DNA of 32,000 nucleotides from Nitrosospira multiformis ATCC 25196 (GCF_000196355.1 NC_007614.1:180001-212000); one strand, 5' to 3'; positions 12,328-20,846 are shown, counted from the stretch's first letter. Translations and numbers: made by a program. Notes: generated by a model not told the origin, from the letters alone.

Positions 12328-13038
12328 ATGCAAAATGTACCTGGCAGTGAAAATGTTCATGCGGCAATCGAGGATACATCGACTCTCGAAGCTGAAGTAC
12401 GCAGCAGGATGACGCAAGGAGAGAATATAGAACAAGAAGTGCGGGATCTGACGGTAAAAGCTTTGAGCAGGCAAGGACATGACCAGGATTCACTGCGTCA
12501 TGTCATGGGGGCGGTACTGAAAGGTGTACGTGAAGGAGCGCAGCAGAAGTTGCAATCTTCCTCTATCCAGGCGCAAACGACTTTGTCCCCCGTGAGAGAT
12601 GCTGTGGCCGGCCTGGATTCTGCATTGGCTCAACTGGCGGCGGCCTCAAAACTGACACTCGAAGAGGCCGCGGGCCGGGCGCAAACGTTTTCAAAAGAGG
12701 AGTTGACGCGTCTGCGCGCCAACCTTGAAAGTATTGAGAATCTTTTTTTCGAAACCTTGCAGGAATCCGCTTCGGCTGCACAGGACCTGGTGGAGGTTAC
12801 CTTGCGGGATATTATTCTCCATGCAAAGCGAAACGGCACTGCGGTAGGTTCTCAGTTGAAAGACGCACTGGAGGCGCTCAACCATCAATTGAAATCGACC
12901 ACTTATAGCCAGCTCGAAGCAGGTATTCATCTCACCCAGGCCATCACGGACACCTTGCGGCAAGCCGCCGCGAATGTTCTCACCGAGGTTGCGGAGCGGG
13001 TCAAGCCCAGCGATAAAACGAGGGGGCATCACGGGTAG
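12328..13038 (+). CDS. Hypothetical protein, predicted all-alpha and soluble (236 aa)
   Basis: ATG start with GGAGAGG upstream, 53 nt after the serS stop. The sequence is rich in A/L/E/Q with long amphipathic stretches (LDSALAQLAAASKLTLEEAAGRAQTF..LRANLESIENLFFETLQESASAAQDL..). I see no TM segment and recognise no catalytic motif. It resembles uncharacterised helical proteins of betaproteobacteria, but I cannot name the family with confidence. Confidence 0.6.
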   Translation: MQNVPGSENVHAAIEDTSTLEAEVRSRMTQGENIEQEVRDLTVKALSRQGHDQDSLRHVMGAVLKGVREGAQQKLQSSSIQAQTTLSPVRDAVAGLDSALAQLAAASKLTLEEAAGRAQTFSKEELTRLRANLESIENLFFETLQESASAAQDLVEVTLRDIILHAKRNGTAVGSQLKDALEALNHQLKSTTYSQLEAGIHLTQAITDTLRQAAANVLTEVAERVKPSDKTRGHHG

Positions 13039-13053
13039 GGGCAGGTTTCAGGC

Positions 13054-13086
13054 AGGCGCTCCAGTATTATCCGGGACGGAGCGCCT
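13054..13086. terminator. Perfect 9-bp inverted repeat (AGGCGCTCC N15 GGAGCGCCT) between convergent genes; possible bidirectional terminator
   Basis: Arms at 13054-13062 and 13078-13086 are exact reverse complements. The element lies 16 nt after the stop of the 12328..13038 ORF and about 70 nt beyond the stop of the convergent redoxin gene. There is no adjacent U-run on either strand, so confidence is limited. Confidence 0.4.
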
Positions 13087-13158
13087 CTCTCATGGATTTG
13101 CGGTCCGCGTCAAGCAGAGGTGACACAGGGTCGTGATCGGCGCAAATTCAGGATGCGC

Positions 13159-13728
13159 TCAGATCTTGCATCCTTCCGTATCGCAAGCGGGATTTTCCCC
13201 CCCGTTCGCAGATGATTCCATCACTGCAGACTCATCAAATTCTTCGGCCAGCAGCGCCCCAATCGAAAATCCTACGGTCAGATCGCTCACATGGCCGAAT
13301 TTATGCAAGCGGATATGTCCTGTTTTATCGATCAGGATGAGAGTAGGTGTACCCTGCATCTGATAGGCGCGCATGGTCATCGGAACGCCCTTCGCGGTTC
13401 CCTCATATTTGTCTATCCCGATCGGAAAGCGTAGCCGGTATTCATAGGCAAACACTTCGAGCGCCTCGCGCCCCATCACCTCGTGATGCTCGAAAACAGT
13501 ATGCAGTCCTATCACTGCAACACGGTTCGGATCAAACTCCTGATGGATTCTTTGCGCTTGCGGTATGCCCATCTGCACGCAGCCGGGACAGAAAATCTGG
13601 AAGGTGTGGAGTACAACCACCTTACCTCGGAGTGAAGCGAGCGTCAGGGGGTGCGGCGTATTAAGCCAGCCGGAAGTTTGTAGTTCGGGCGCCATGCTTG
13701 CCCTGATGTTGGTACTTGTCTCGGCCAT
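13159..13728 (-). CDS. Thioredoxin-fold redoxin (TlpA/AhpC-TSA-like) with CPGC active site and an acidic, Cys-containing C-terminal tail
   Basis: LRGKVVVLHTFQIFCPGCVQMGIPQAQ plus GTPTLILIDKTGHI are hallmarks of the redoxin fold. I chose the ATG at 13728 (MAETST..) because GAGG lies 8 nt upstream; the longer start at 13764 has no SD. The tail ..EEFDESAVMESSANGGENPACDTEGCKI lies beyond the fold. Confidence 0.75.
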   Translation of the reverse strand: MAETSTNIRASMAPELQTSGWLNTPHPLTLASLRGKVVVLHTFQIFCPGCVQMGIPQAQRIHQEFDPNRVAVIGLHTVFEHHEVMGREALEVFAYEYRLRFPIGIDKYEGTAKGVPMTMRAYQMQGTPTLILIDKTGHIRLHKFGHVSDLTVGFSIGALLAEEFDESAVMESSANGGENPACDTEGCKI

Positions 13729-14122
13729 TCTGTACCTCGAAATAGCGGGTTGAAAATAACGCATTATAAGGGAGCCTGCGCATAAGTCCCACAGACGATC
13801 CTATCGACGTTCGCCAAGGAGCCCTCTGAAAGGGAGATCACATTTCCCCTTCATGTTTTCCCGCAGATCCCTGTCTCGCAAATCGGCGGGTTTTTCACCT
13901 TTTCCGGTCACTTGTCAGGGTTACGCCCAGAGTGCCAGATGCTACCCGATCCGCATAAGGAGAAAAAAACCGGGGAGATGACATGGTAATATATTCTACC
14001 TCCGCCGTGAAGCATTTCCACAATTCCAATAGGGTAAAATCACCACAATTACAAGAGGGGAAAATAACGATTTTTAGTATAGGGTCATTATTGATTTTAT
14101 TTGCCAGCATCATGTTTCTTCC

Positions 14123-14151
14123 TTGTACGCCTCATTTTGCTGTGGTAGAAT
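14123..14151 (+). promoter_or_regulatory. Near-consensus sigma-70 promoter with extended -10 (TTGTAC-N17-TGgTAGAAT), preceded by an AT-rich UP-like tract
   Basis: -35 TTGTAC at 14123-14128, a 17-nt spacer ending in TGG, and -10 TAGAAT at 14146-14151. The upstream 150 bp is markedly AT-rich. It lies about 610 nt upstream of the coxB ATG. Confidence 0.4.
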
Positions 14152-14764
14152 TTGCGCGTTTCAGGAGCCGCTCTTTCGCGGATATGCAATGCGAATAACA
14201 GGGCGGGTGTCACGAGATTTCGGAAGAAATCAGATCGACTCAAATGAGCAGAACAGGGGCGACTGGCTAAATCCGCATGAAATGGGCGTTTGAGTCATTT
14301 TTGAGCTCATTCATCCTGCTTGAATCAAGTCGGATGGAATAAGCGGAATGAATGGAATGTCTGGGAAATCATGACATGAACTTAAAGCGTGCAAGGGTGC
14401 CGCGTGGCTCTTGCCGTTCTGGGTTTCATGATGCGTTATCAATGTGAGTCAGAAAGCGATTTCGGATTCGAAATGGCTGCGTAAAATTTAGCTGAGACTT
14501 CGAACCGAAACTTTGAACTTATCGACATGCCGTTGTTCTTAATGTTTGAATTCGCATAAGCCATAGAATAACACAATTACCGACATTCGCAATATGGATA
14601 TTATGCCGGACAGATCAGATATCCGCCAGCTTGTAGCCGGTTACGGCGATCTGAGCGGACACACATGGAAATGTTCTGTCCGAAAGCATTGCGTAATGGG
14701 TCGAACATTGTGAGATTTTGGAAGATTGGCTCGTACTGTAATCAGTAATCAAGTGGGGGGAAAT

Positions 14765-15898
14765 ATGAGCAGTAAAGCAGCAGCAGGTGTAGCGGGGATT
14801 GTGGCGGTCGCATGGAATTCAGGACTGGCGCTGGCGGCAGCCGACCCCTACCAGTTAAATCTGCCCGAGCCGCAGACTGTGATTGCCCAGCAGATCTACG
14901 ACCAGCACACGCTGGTTCTGTGGATTTGCCTGGCGATATTCGTCGGCGTGTTCGGCGTGATGTTCTATTCGGTAATCCAGCATCGCAAATCCAAGGGCTA
15001 TAAGGCGGCCAATTTCCATCACAGCACCACGGTCGAGATCATCTGGACGGCGATCCCGTTCCTGATCCTGATCGGCATGGCCTTTCCTGCCACCAAGACC
15101 GTGATTGCCATGAAGGATACGTCCAACCCGGACATCACGGTCAAGGCGACGGGTTATCAGTGGAAATGGGGTTATGACTACCTGACGGGTGAAGGGGAGG
15201 GCATTGGTTTCCTGAGCGCCCTTGCCACGCCCAAGGCGCAGATCGAGAATGCGGCGCCCAAGGGGGAGAATTATCTTCTGGAAGTGGACAAGCCCCTGGT
15301 GGTGCCGACGGGCAAGAAAGTGCGCGTGCTGATCACTGCCAATGACGTGCTGCACGCCTGGTGGGTACCGGCGCTAGGCGTCAAGCAGGATGCCATCCCG
15401 GGCTTCATCCGTGACGTGTGGTTCAACATCGAGAAGCCCGGCACCTATCGCGGCCAGTGCGCCGAGTTGTGCGGCAAGGAGCATGGCTTCATGCCGATCG
15501 TGGTAGAGGCGGTGGAGCCTGAGAAATACGCTGCCTGGGTGGCAGAGCAGAAAACCAAGCTGGCGGCAGTGGCGGTGGACGTCAACAAGGAGTTCGGGCT
15601 GGACGAGCTCAAGGCCAAGGGCGAAGCGGTGTATAACGCCAACTGCGCGGCCTGTCACCAGGCCAACGGGCAGGGCGTGCCCGGCACCTTCCCCGCCATC
15701 GCCGGATCGAAGGTTGCCACCGGGCCCAAGGACGGCCACATCAATATCGTCATGAACGGCAAGAGCGGCACGGCAATGGCCCCATTCAAGCATCTGTCGG
15801 ACGTGGATATTGCCTCGGTGATCACCTATCAGCGCAATTCCTTCGGCAATTCGACGGGCGATGCCGTCCAGCCATCCGAAATCAATCAACACAGATAA
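14765..15898 (+). CDS. coxB: Cytochrome c oxidase subunit II with a fused C-terminal cytochrome c domain
   Basis: Signal and TM segments, CuA site (HAWWVPALG..CAELCGKEHGFM), and a C-terminal heme-c motif CAACH. I chose the ATG at 14765 (GGGGGGA upstream) over the TTG at 14726. Confidence 0.93.
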   Translation: MSSKAAAGVAGIVAVAWNSGLALAAADPYQLNLPEPQTVIAQQIYDQHTLVLWICLAIFVGVFGVMFYSVIQHRKSKGYKAANFHHSTTVEIIWTAIPFLILIGMAFPATKTVIAMKDTSNPDITVKATGYQWKWGYDYLTGEGEGIGFLSALATPKAQIENAAPKGENYLLEVDKPLVVPTGKKVRVLITANDVLHAWWVPALGVKQDAIPGFIRDVWFNIEKPGTYRGQCAELCGKEHGFMPIVVEAVEPEKYAAWVAEQKTKLAAVAVDVNKEFGLDELKAKGEAVYNANCAACHQANGQGVPGTFPAIAGSKVATGPKDGHINIVMNGKSGTAMAPFKHLSDVDIASVITYQRNSFGNSTGDAVQPSEINQHR

Positions 15899-15917
15899 TA
15901 GCCTCAAGGAGGAAACC

Positions 15918-17498
15918 ATGGCAGCAGTACACGATCACGACGTTGCACACGCCCACGATCATCATCCCACGGGCTTGATGCGTTGGCTGACTACCACGAA
16001 TCACAAGGATATCGGTACGCTTTATCTCTGGTTCAGCTTCATCATGTTCCTCACGGGGGGCGTGATGGCGCTGACCATCCGGGCCGAGTTATTTCAGCCG
16101 GGTATACAGATCGTCAATCCCGAATTTTTTAACCAGCTTACCTCATTGCATGGCTTGGTGATGGTGTTCGGCGCCATCATGCCGGCCTTCGTCGGTTTTG
16201 CCAACTGGCAGATACCGATGATGATCGGCGCTCCCGACATGGCCTTCGCGCGAATGAACAACTGGAGCTTCTGGCTGCTGCCTCCCGCGGCGCTGCTGCT
16301 ACTTAGCTCGTTTTTTGTGCCTGGAGGTGCGACAGCCGGGGGTTGGACTTTCTATCCTCCGCTGTCGGTGCAAATGGGTATCGGGACGGACATGATGATT
16401 TTCGCCATTCATATACTTGGCGCCTCTTCCATCATGGGCTCGATCAACATCATCACCACCATTCTCAATATGCGCGCCCCTGGCATGACCCTGATGAAGA
16501 TGCCCATGTTCGTGTGGACCTGGCTGATTACCGCTTATCTGCTGGTGCTGGTCATGCCGGTGCTCGCTGGTGCGGTGACCATGCTGCTGACCGACCGTAA
16601 CTTCGGCACCAATTTCTTCAATGCCGCAGGTGGTGGCGACCCCGTGATGTTCCAGCATATCTTCTGGTTCTTCGGGCACCCGGAAGTCTACATCATGATC
16701 CTGCCGGCATTTGGTATCGTCTCAGAGATCATCCCAACCTTTGCGCGCAAACCGCTGTTCGGTTATTCCTCGATGGTGTATGCAACCGCTTCCATCGCCA
16801 TTCTTTCCTGCATCGTCTGGGCGCACCATATGTTCACCGCAGGCATGCCGGTAACCGGACAACTGTTCTTCATGTATGCCACCATGCTGATCGCGGTTCC
16901 GACTGGGGTGAAAGTGTTCAACTGGACCGCCACGATGTGGCGTGGTTCCATGACCTTTGAAACACCCATGCTGTTCGCCGTTGGTTTCATCTTTCTGTTT
17001 ACGCTTGGGGGCTTCAGTGGGGTAGTCTGCGCCGTTGTCCCGATTGATATCCAGGTGCAGGATACCTACTACGTTATTGCTCACTTCCATTATGTGCTGG
17101 TTTCCGGTGCACTGTTCGCCTTGTTTGGGGGTGCCTATTATTGGCTGCCGAAGTGGACGGGTCACATGTATGACGAGACGCTGGGCAAATGGCATTTCTG
17201 GTTGTCGATGTTCTTCTTCAACCTCACCTTCTTCGTGCAGCACTTCCTGGGATTGGCCGGCATGCCGCGCCGCATCCCTGATTATGCGCTGCAATTTGCG
17301 GACTTCAACATGATCTCGAGTATAGGGGCCTTTGGATTCGGCTTGAGCCAATTGCTCTTCCTCTACGTCGTGCTGAAATGCATTCGGGGTGGCGCGAAAG
17401 CTTCCTCGGAAGTTTGGGAGGGCGGAAAAACACTGGAGTGGACCCTGCCCTCGCCGGCGCCGTACCATACCTTCGAAACTCCTCCTGTTATTCGTTAA
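15918..17498 (+). CDS. coxA: Cytochrome c oxidase subunit I
   Basis: Twelve-TM heme-copper oxidase core (WFFGHPEVYI, VWAHHMF, HFHYVL). I chose the ATG at 15918 with AGGAGG 7 nt upstream over the track start at 15861. Confidence 0.97.
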   Translation: MAAVHDHDVAHAHDHHPTGLMRWLTTTNHKDIGTLYLWFSFIMFLTGGVMALTIRAELFQPGIQIVNPEFFNQLTSLHGLVMVFGAIMPAFVGFANWQIPMMIGAPDMAFARMNNWSFWLLPPAALLLLSSFFVPGGATAGGWTFYPPLSVQMGIGTDMMIFAIHILGASSIMGSINIITTILNMRAPGMTLMKMPMFVWTWLITAYLLVLVMPVLAGAVTMLLTDRNFGTNFFNAAGGGDPVMFQHIFWFFGHPEVYIMILPAFGIVSEIIPTFARKPLFGYSSMVYATASIAILSCIVWAHHMFTAGMPVTGQLFFMYATMLIAVPTGVKVFNWTATMWRGSMTFETPMLFAVGFIFLFTLGGFSGVVCAVVPIDIQVQDTYYVIAHFHYVLVSGALFALFGGAYYWLPKWTGHMYDETLGKWHFWLSMFFFNLTFFVQHFLGLAGMPRRIPDYALQFADFNMISSIGAFGFGLSQLLFLYVVLKCIRGGAKASSEVWEGGKTLEWTLPSPAPYHTFETPPVIR

Positions 17499-17513
17499 GA
17501 ATTGGGGAATAAT

Positions 17514-17621
17514 ATGAAGGACGATGCAGAAAGAAGGCGCGCCGCAATCAGGACAGCCCTCTTTCTGCTCGCCACCGTAATTGCACTCTTTGTCGCGGTT
17601 ATTGTGAAAAACTGGCCATGA
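17514..17621 (+). CDS. Small single-TM protein (35 aa), probably the 'cytochrome oxidase small assembly protein' seen in betaproteobacterial cox clusters; absent from the supplied ORF track
   Basis: ATG at 17514 with GGGGA 5 nt upstream. Translation: MKDDAERRRAAIRTALFLLATVIALFVAVIVKNWP*. Its TGA overlaps the ctaG ATG (ATGA at 17618-17621), suggesting translational coupling. The basic N-terminus plus one hydrophobic helix matches the architecture of that small-protein family as I recall it. Confidence 0.6.
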   Translation: MKDDAERRRAAIRTALFLLATVIALFVAVIVKNWP

Positions 17622-18175
17622 ACGTAACTGAAGCGAATTCCGTCGTACTCAGGAAGTTATTGATCTTTACTGTAATCATGTTCGGTTTCGGCTTCGCACT
17701 CGTCCCGTTTTATGAGAAGATCTGCGAAGTTACGGGTATCAATAACCTGTTACAGGCGGATACGCTGGCGGAGAATACCCAGGTTGATATGGCTCGATGG
17801 GTAACGGTGGAACTGGATGCCAACACACGGGGGCTGCCTTGGCAGTTCAAGCCTCTGCAGTCCAGTGTGCGGGTGCATCCGGGCGAGTTGACACAGGTGG
17901 TCTATGAAGTGAGAAATAATTCCGACCGGGAGATCAGCGGCCAGGCGATACCCAGCTATAGCCCTCAGTTACTGGGAAAACACTTGAAAAAACTCGAGTG
18001 TTTCTGTTTCAGCAAACAGGTATTGAAACCACGGGAGGTACGGCAAATGCCGGTTCAGTTCCTGATCGAACCCGGTCTGCCAACCGATATCAATACGGTT
18101 ACCATCTCGTACACCTTTTTCGAGTTGGGTAACGATAATACTGCCAGCTTGGATATCAACGCGAACCAGCTTTGA
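17618..18175 (+). CDS. ctaG: Cytochrome c oxidase assembly protein CtaG/Cox11 (CuB chaperone)
   Basis: N-terminal TM anchor followed by the Cox11 domain with the CFCF copper motif (KKLECFCFSKQVL). Confidence 0.92.
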   Translation: MNVTEANSVVLRKLLIFTVIMFGFGFALVPFYEKICEVTGINNLLQADTLAENTQVDMARWVTVELDANTRGLPWQFKPLQSSVRVHPGELTQVVYEVRNNSDREISGQAIPSYSPQLLGKHLKKLECFCFSKQVLKPREVRQMPVQFLIEPGLPTDINTVTISYTFFELGNDNTASLDINANQL

Positions 18176-18378
18176 AAGACGATAACAAACAGCCCCCCAA
18201 AGGAACGTTGCTCCAGATAACGAAAGCGGTCTTCTGGGCTTTTTTTGGGGTGCGCAAGCAGACTGACCTCGACAGCGATGCGAGTTCACTGACGCCGGCG
18301 CAGGTAATCATCGGCGGCCTCATCGGTGCCGCGCTGTTCGTCATGACCTTGGTATTAGTGGTTAAAATAGTAACTTAG
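18172..18378 (+). CDS. Small membrane protein, DUF2970-like
   Basis: 68 aa. The TTG start overlaps the ctaG stop by 4 nt. Sequence: KAVFWAFFGVRK..C-terminal TM helix IIGGLIGAALFVMTLVLVV. A protein of this kind conventionally sits between ctaG and coxC in betaproteobacteria. Confidence 0.65.
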   Translation: MKDDNKQPPKGTLLQITKAVFWAFFGVRKQTDLDSDASSLTPAQVIIGGLIGAALFVMTLVLVVKIVT

Positions 18379-18408
18379 AATCAATTTCAAATACGCAGGA
18401 GAAAGAGC

Positions 18409-19263
18409 ATGAGCCAACAAGGAGGAGGTCACTACTACGTTCCAGCGCCGTCGACCTGGCCCATTACTGGGTCAATAGCGCTGTTATTCATGGGTTTCGG
18501 CGCCGCGCTTTCGGTCAACAGGATCCCGCTGGGTTATGGATTGCTGGCGACGGGCTTTGCCATACTCGTCTACATGCTTTTCGGATGGTTTAGCACCGTT
18601 GCCCGCGAAAGCGAGAGCGGCAAATTCAACAAGCAGGTCGATAAGTCTTTCCGCTGGGGAATGAGCTGGTTCATCTTTACGGAAGTCATGTTTTTCGGGG
18701 CTTTTTTTGGCGCGCTGTATTACATGCGCATGCATTCCGTTCCGGACCTTGCCGACCTGGACAACAAAATACTGTGGCCCGACTTCACCGCCGAATGGCC
18801 CACGGCAGGTCCCGGCATCACCGAGAAGTTCATGCCGATGGGCCCCTGGGGTCTTCCAGCTTTCAATACCCTGTTGCTGCTGACCTCGGGCGTGACCGTC
18901 ACCTGGGCGCACTGGGCACTGAAGCTGAACAAGCGCGGGCAGCTCAAACTGGGCCTGTTTCTTACATTCGCCCTCGGATTCCTCTTCGTGGGACTGCAGG
19001 CGTACGAGTACGGGCACGCCTACTCGGAGATGAATCTCAAGTTAACCACGGGAGCCTATGGCGCCTCGTTCTTCATGCTGACCGGCTTCCACGGCTTCCA
19101 CGTGACGGTCGGCTCCATTATGTTGTTCGTCATCTGGTGCCGTGTGCTGAAGGGCCACTTTTCACCCGAGAATCATTTCGGCTTTGAAGGCGTCGCCTGG
19201 TATTGGCACTTCGTGGACGTGGTCTGGCTGGGCCTGTTCATATTTGTTTATTGGCTGATATAA
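18409..19263 (+). CDS. coxC: Cytochrome c oxidase subunit III
   Basis: 284 aa, seven-TM subunit III pattern (..TGFHGFHVTVGSIML..GVAWYWHFVDVVWLGLFIFVYW). GGAG-type SD (AGGAGAAAGAGC ATG). Confidence 0.95.
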   Translation: MSQQGGGHYYVPAPSTWPITGSIALLFMGFGAALSVNRIPLGYGLLATGFAILVYMLFGWFSTVARESESGKFNKQVDKSFRWGMSWFIFTEVMFFGAFFGALYYMRMHSVPDLADLDNKILWPDFTAEWPTAGPGITEKFMPMGPWGLPAFNTLLLLTSGVTVTWAHWALKLNKRGQLKLGLFLTFALGFLFVGLQAYEYGHAYSEMNLKLTTGAYGASFFMLTGFHGFHVTVGSIMLFVIWCRVLKGHFSPENHFGFEGVAWYWHFVDVVWLGLFIFVYWLI

Positions 19264-19294
19264 GAACAGTCAGGTAATCATCCAGGTGGGACCG

Positions 19295-19486
19295 TCACTC
19301 AAGTGGAATAACGCCGAAGTAGGTCCCCAGCATCAAAAGGGTGAACAGAAAAAGCGATAATCCAATACGCAAGGTCAGGGACTTGACAACACGGGTGTCG
19401 TGTCCCTTGTCCTTGACCAGGTAGTAGAGCGCGGACCCCAAGCTGGCAAATATGAGAAACAGAAGCAGTACGATAACGATTTTCAA
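19295..19486 (-). CDS. Twin-transmembrane-helix small protein (DUF2909-like)
   Basis: 63 aa with two hydrophobic helices separated by KDKGHDTRVVKS. It lies antisense-oriented between coxC and SURF1, as in other betaproteobacterial cox clusters as I recall them. Confidence 0.65.
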   Translation of the reverse strand: MKIVIVLLLFLIFASLGSALYYLVKDKGHDTRVVKSLTLRIGLSLFLFTLLMLGTYFGVIPLE

Positions 19487-19549
19487 GGCTTGATCCCGGA
19501 ATTATTAGGTCTTCAGGAAGAAGTTTAGCCGAGTTTAGCATCCTATCCA

Positions 19550-20263
19550 ATGACTATTTCAGGCTGGCGTTTTACGCCACGATTATGGTCAACAGTAGCT
19601 GCAATAGCTGTGATAACGATTATGGTGCAACTTGGTAACTGGCAGCTCTCGCGGGCGCAGGAAAAAGAGTCCCGGCAGGAGCGGCTTGACCGTCTTTCAC
19701 AGGAACCGACCATTACACTCCCTGATCACCCGGTAAAGCTTGAAGATTTTCAATACCGTCAGGTTGAAGCCCAGGGTGAATACGTACCGGGATACACGAT
19801 ATATCTTGATAACAAGATATACAAGGGTATCGCCGGCTACCAGATTGTGACTCCCTTGAGGATCGGCAACAGTGAAATGCATGTTCTGGTAAACCGGGGA
19901 TGGATAGCGGCAACCCGCGATCGGAGTAAATTGCCGGAAGTGACTACACCCGGTGGGAAGATTTTGGTTTCAGGCATTGCGACGACAGCAATGCAAAAGA
20001 CTCTGGAATTGTCTCCCGATCAGGTCTCCGGCCGGGTATGGGAAAACCTGGACCTCGAACGTTATCGAAGCAGCACTGGCCTGAAGCTACAGCCGGTGAT
20101 GATCCTGCAGAAGGATCAAGCGAATGATGGTTTCGTGCGGGAATGGCCTCGACCTGATTCCGGCTCGGCCAAGAATATCGGGTATGCCCTCCAATGGTTT
20201 GCGATGGCTCTCGCCGTATTGATTATTTATCTGGTGTTAAGTGTCAAACGAGAGCGTTACTAA
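19550..20263 (+). CDS. SURF1 family cytochrome oxidase biogenesis protein
   Basis: N-terminal TM with LGNWQLSR, NRGWI, and C-terminal GYALQWFAMALAVLIIY. These are classic SURF1/Shy1 signatures. Confidence 0.85.
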   Translation: MTISGWRFTPRLWSTVAAIAVITIMVQLGNWQLSRAQEKESRQERLDRLSQEPTITLPDHPVKLEDFQYRQVEAQGEYVPGYTIYLDNKIYKGIAGYQIVTPLRIGNSEMHVLVNRGWIAATRDRSKLPEVTTPGGKILVSGIATTAMQKTLELSPDQVSGRVWENLDLERYRSSTGLKLQPVMILQKDQANDGFVREWPRPDSGSAKNIGYALQWFAMALAVLIIYLVLSVKRERY

Positions 20264-20846
20264 AAAGAATAGACGGACGCTGATACTGTTGGCGCTAGTG
20301 TTGAGCGCGCCTTTTGTCGCTTCCTATATGCTTTATTTTTGGAATGTGCGGCCTCAAACCGTAAATTACGGAGACCTGATCGAGGTCAGGCAATTGAAAG
20401 GGACGGGGCTGAACGACGCGGACCGGACAATTTTTCGAATGCGCGACCTTCGCGGCAAGTGGGTGCTGATGTCGATCGACTCGGGTGCGTGTGACGAGCA
20501 ATGCCAGAAGAAGCTCTATTACATGCGTCAGGTTCGTACCTATCAGAATACCGAAATGGATCGCATCGAGCGGTTGTGGCTGATCGATGATGAGCAGAAA
20601 CCTTCCCCCGAAGTACTGAGCGACTACGAGGGAATGCACGTCATCCTGGCGAAAAACAGCGAGTTGCTCAAGGAGGTTCCAGCCGTCGGCTCACAGCATG
20701 ATCATATTTATCTGATAGATCCCATCGGAAATCTGATGATGCGATTTCCAAAGGATCCTGATCCTGGAAAGATGGCGAAAGACATCAAGCGGCTGCTCAA
20801 GGTATCTCAGTTGGAGCATGCAATGGGTACGGATATGAAACACTGA
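20241..20846 (+). CDS. Membrane-anchored thioredoxin-fold protein with a CxxxC motif (Sco-like); function unassigned
   Basis: The GTG start overlaps the SURF1 3' end by 23 nt. N-terminal TM (TLILLALVLSAPFVASYMLYF), then GKWVLMSIDSGACDEQCQKKLYYMRQV and IYLIDPIGNLM, reminiscent of the Sco/TlpA fold. Confidence 0.6.
   Translation: MSNESVTKKNRRTLILLALVLSAPFVASYMLYFWNVRPQTVNYGDLIEVRQLKGTGLNDADRTIFRMRDLRGKWVLMSIDSGACDEQCQKKLYYMRQVRTYQNTEMDRIERLWLIDDEQKPSPEVLSDYEGMHVILAKNSELLKEVPAVGSQHDHIYLIDPIGNLMMRFPKDPDPGKMAKDIKRLLKVSQLEHAMGTDMKH

Noticed and set aside
13895-14198. Two overlapping small ORFs in the AT-rich island: 13983..14198 (+), 71 aa with a GGAG SD-like sequence and one hydrophobic stretch, and 13895..14113 (-), 72 aa
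   Set aside because: Their codon usage is very unlike neighbouring genes (ATA, TTA and AGG-rich). They overlap each other and the strong promoter at 14123-14151, and I recognise no homology. I cannot exclude that the plus-strand ORF is a real acquired small membrane protein, but the evidence is insufficient to call it.
14319-14329. Palindrome CTTGAaTCAAG resembling FNR/CRP half-sites
   Set aside because: FNR/CRP-family sites need TTGAT-N4-ATCAA (or TGTGA-N6-TCACA) spacing. Here the half-sites are separated by a single base, so the geometry is wrong.
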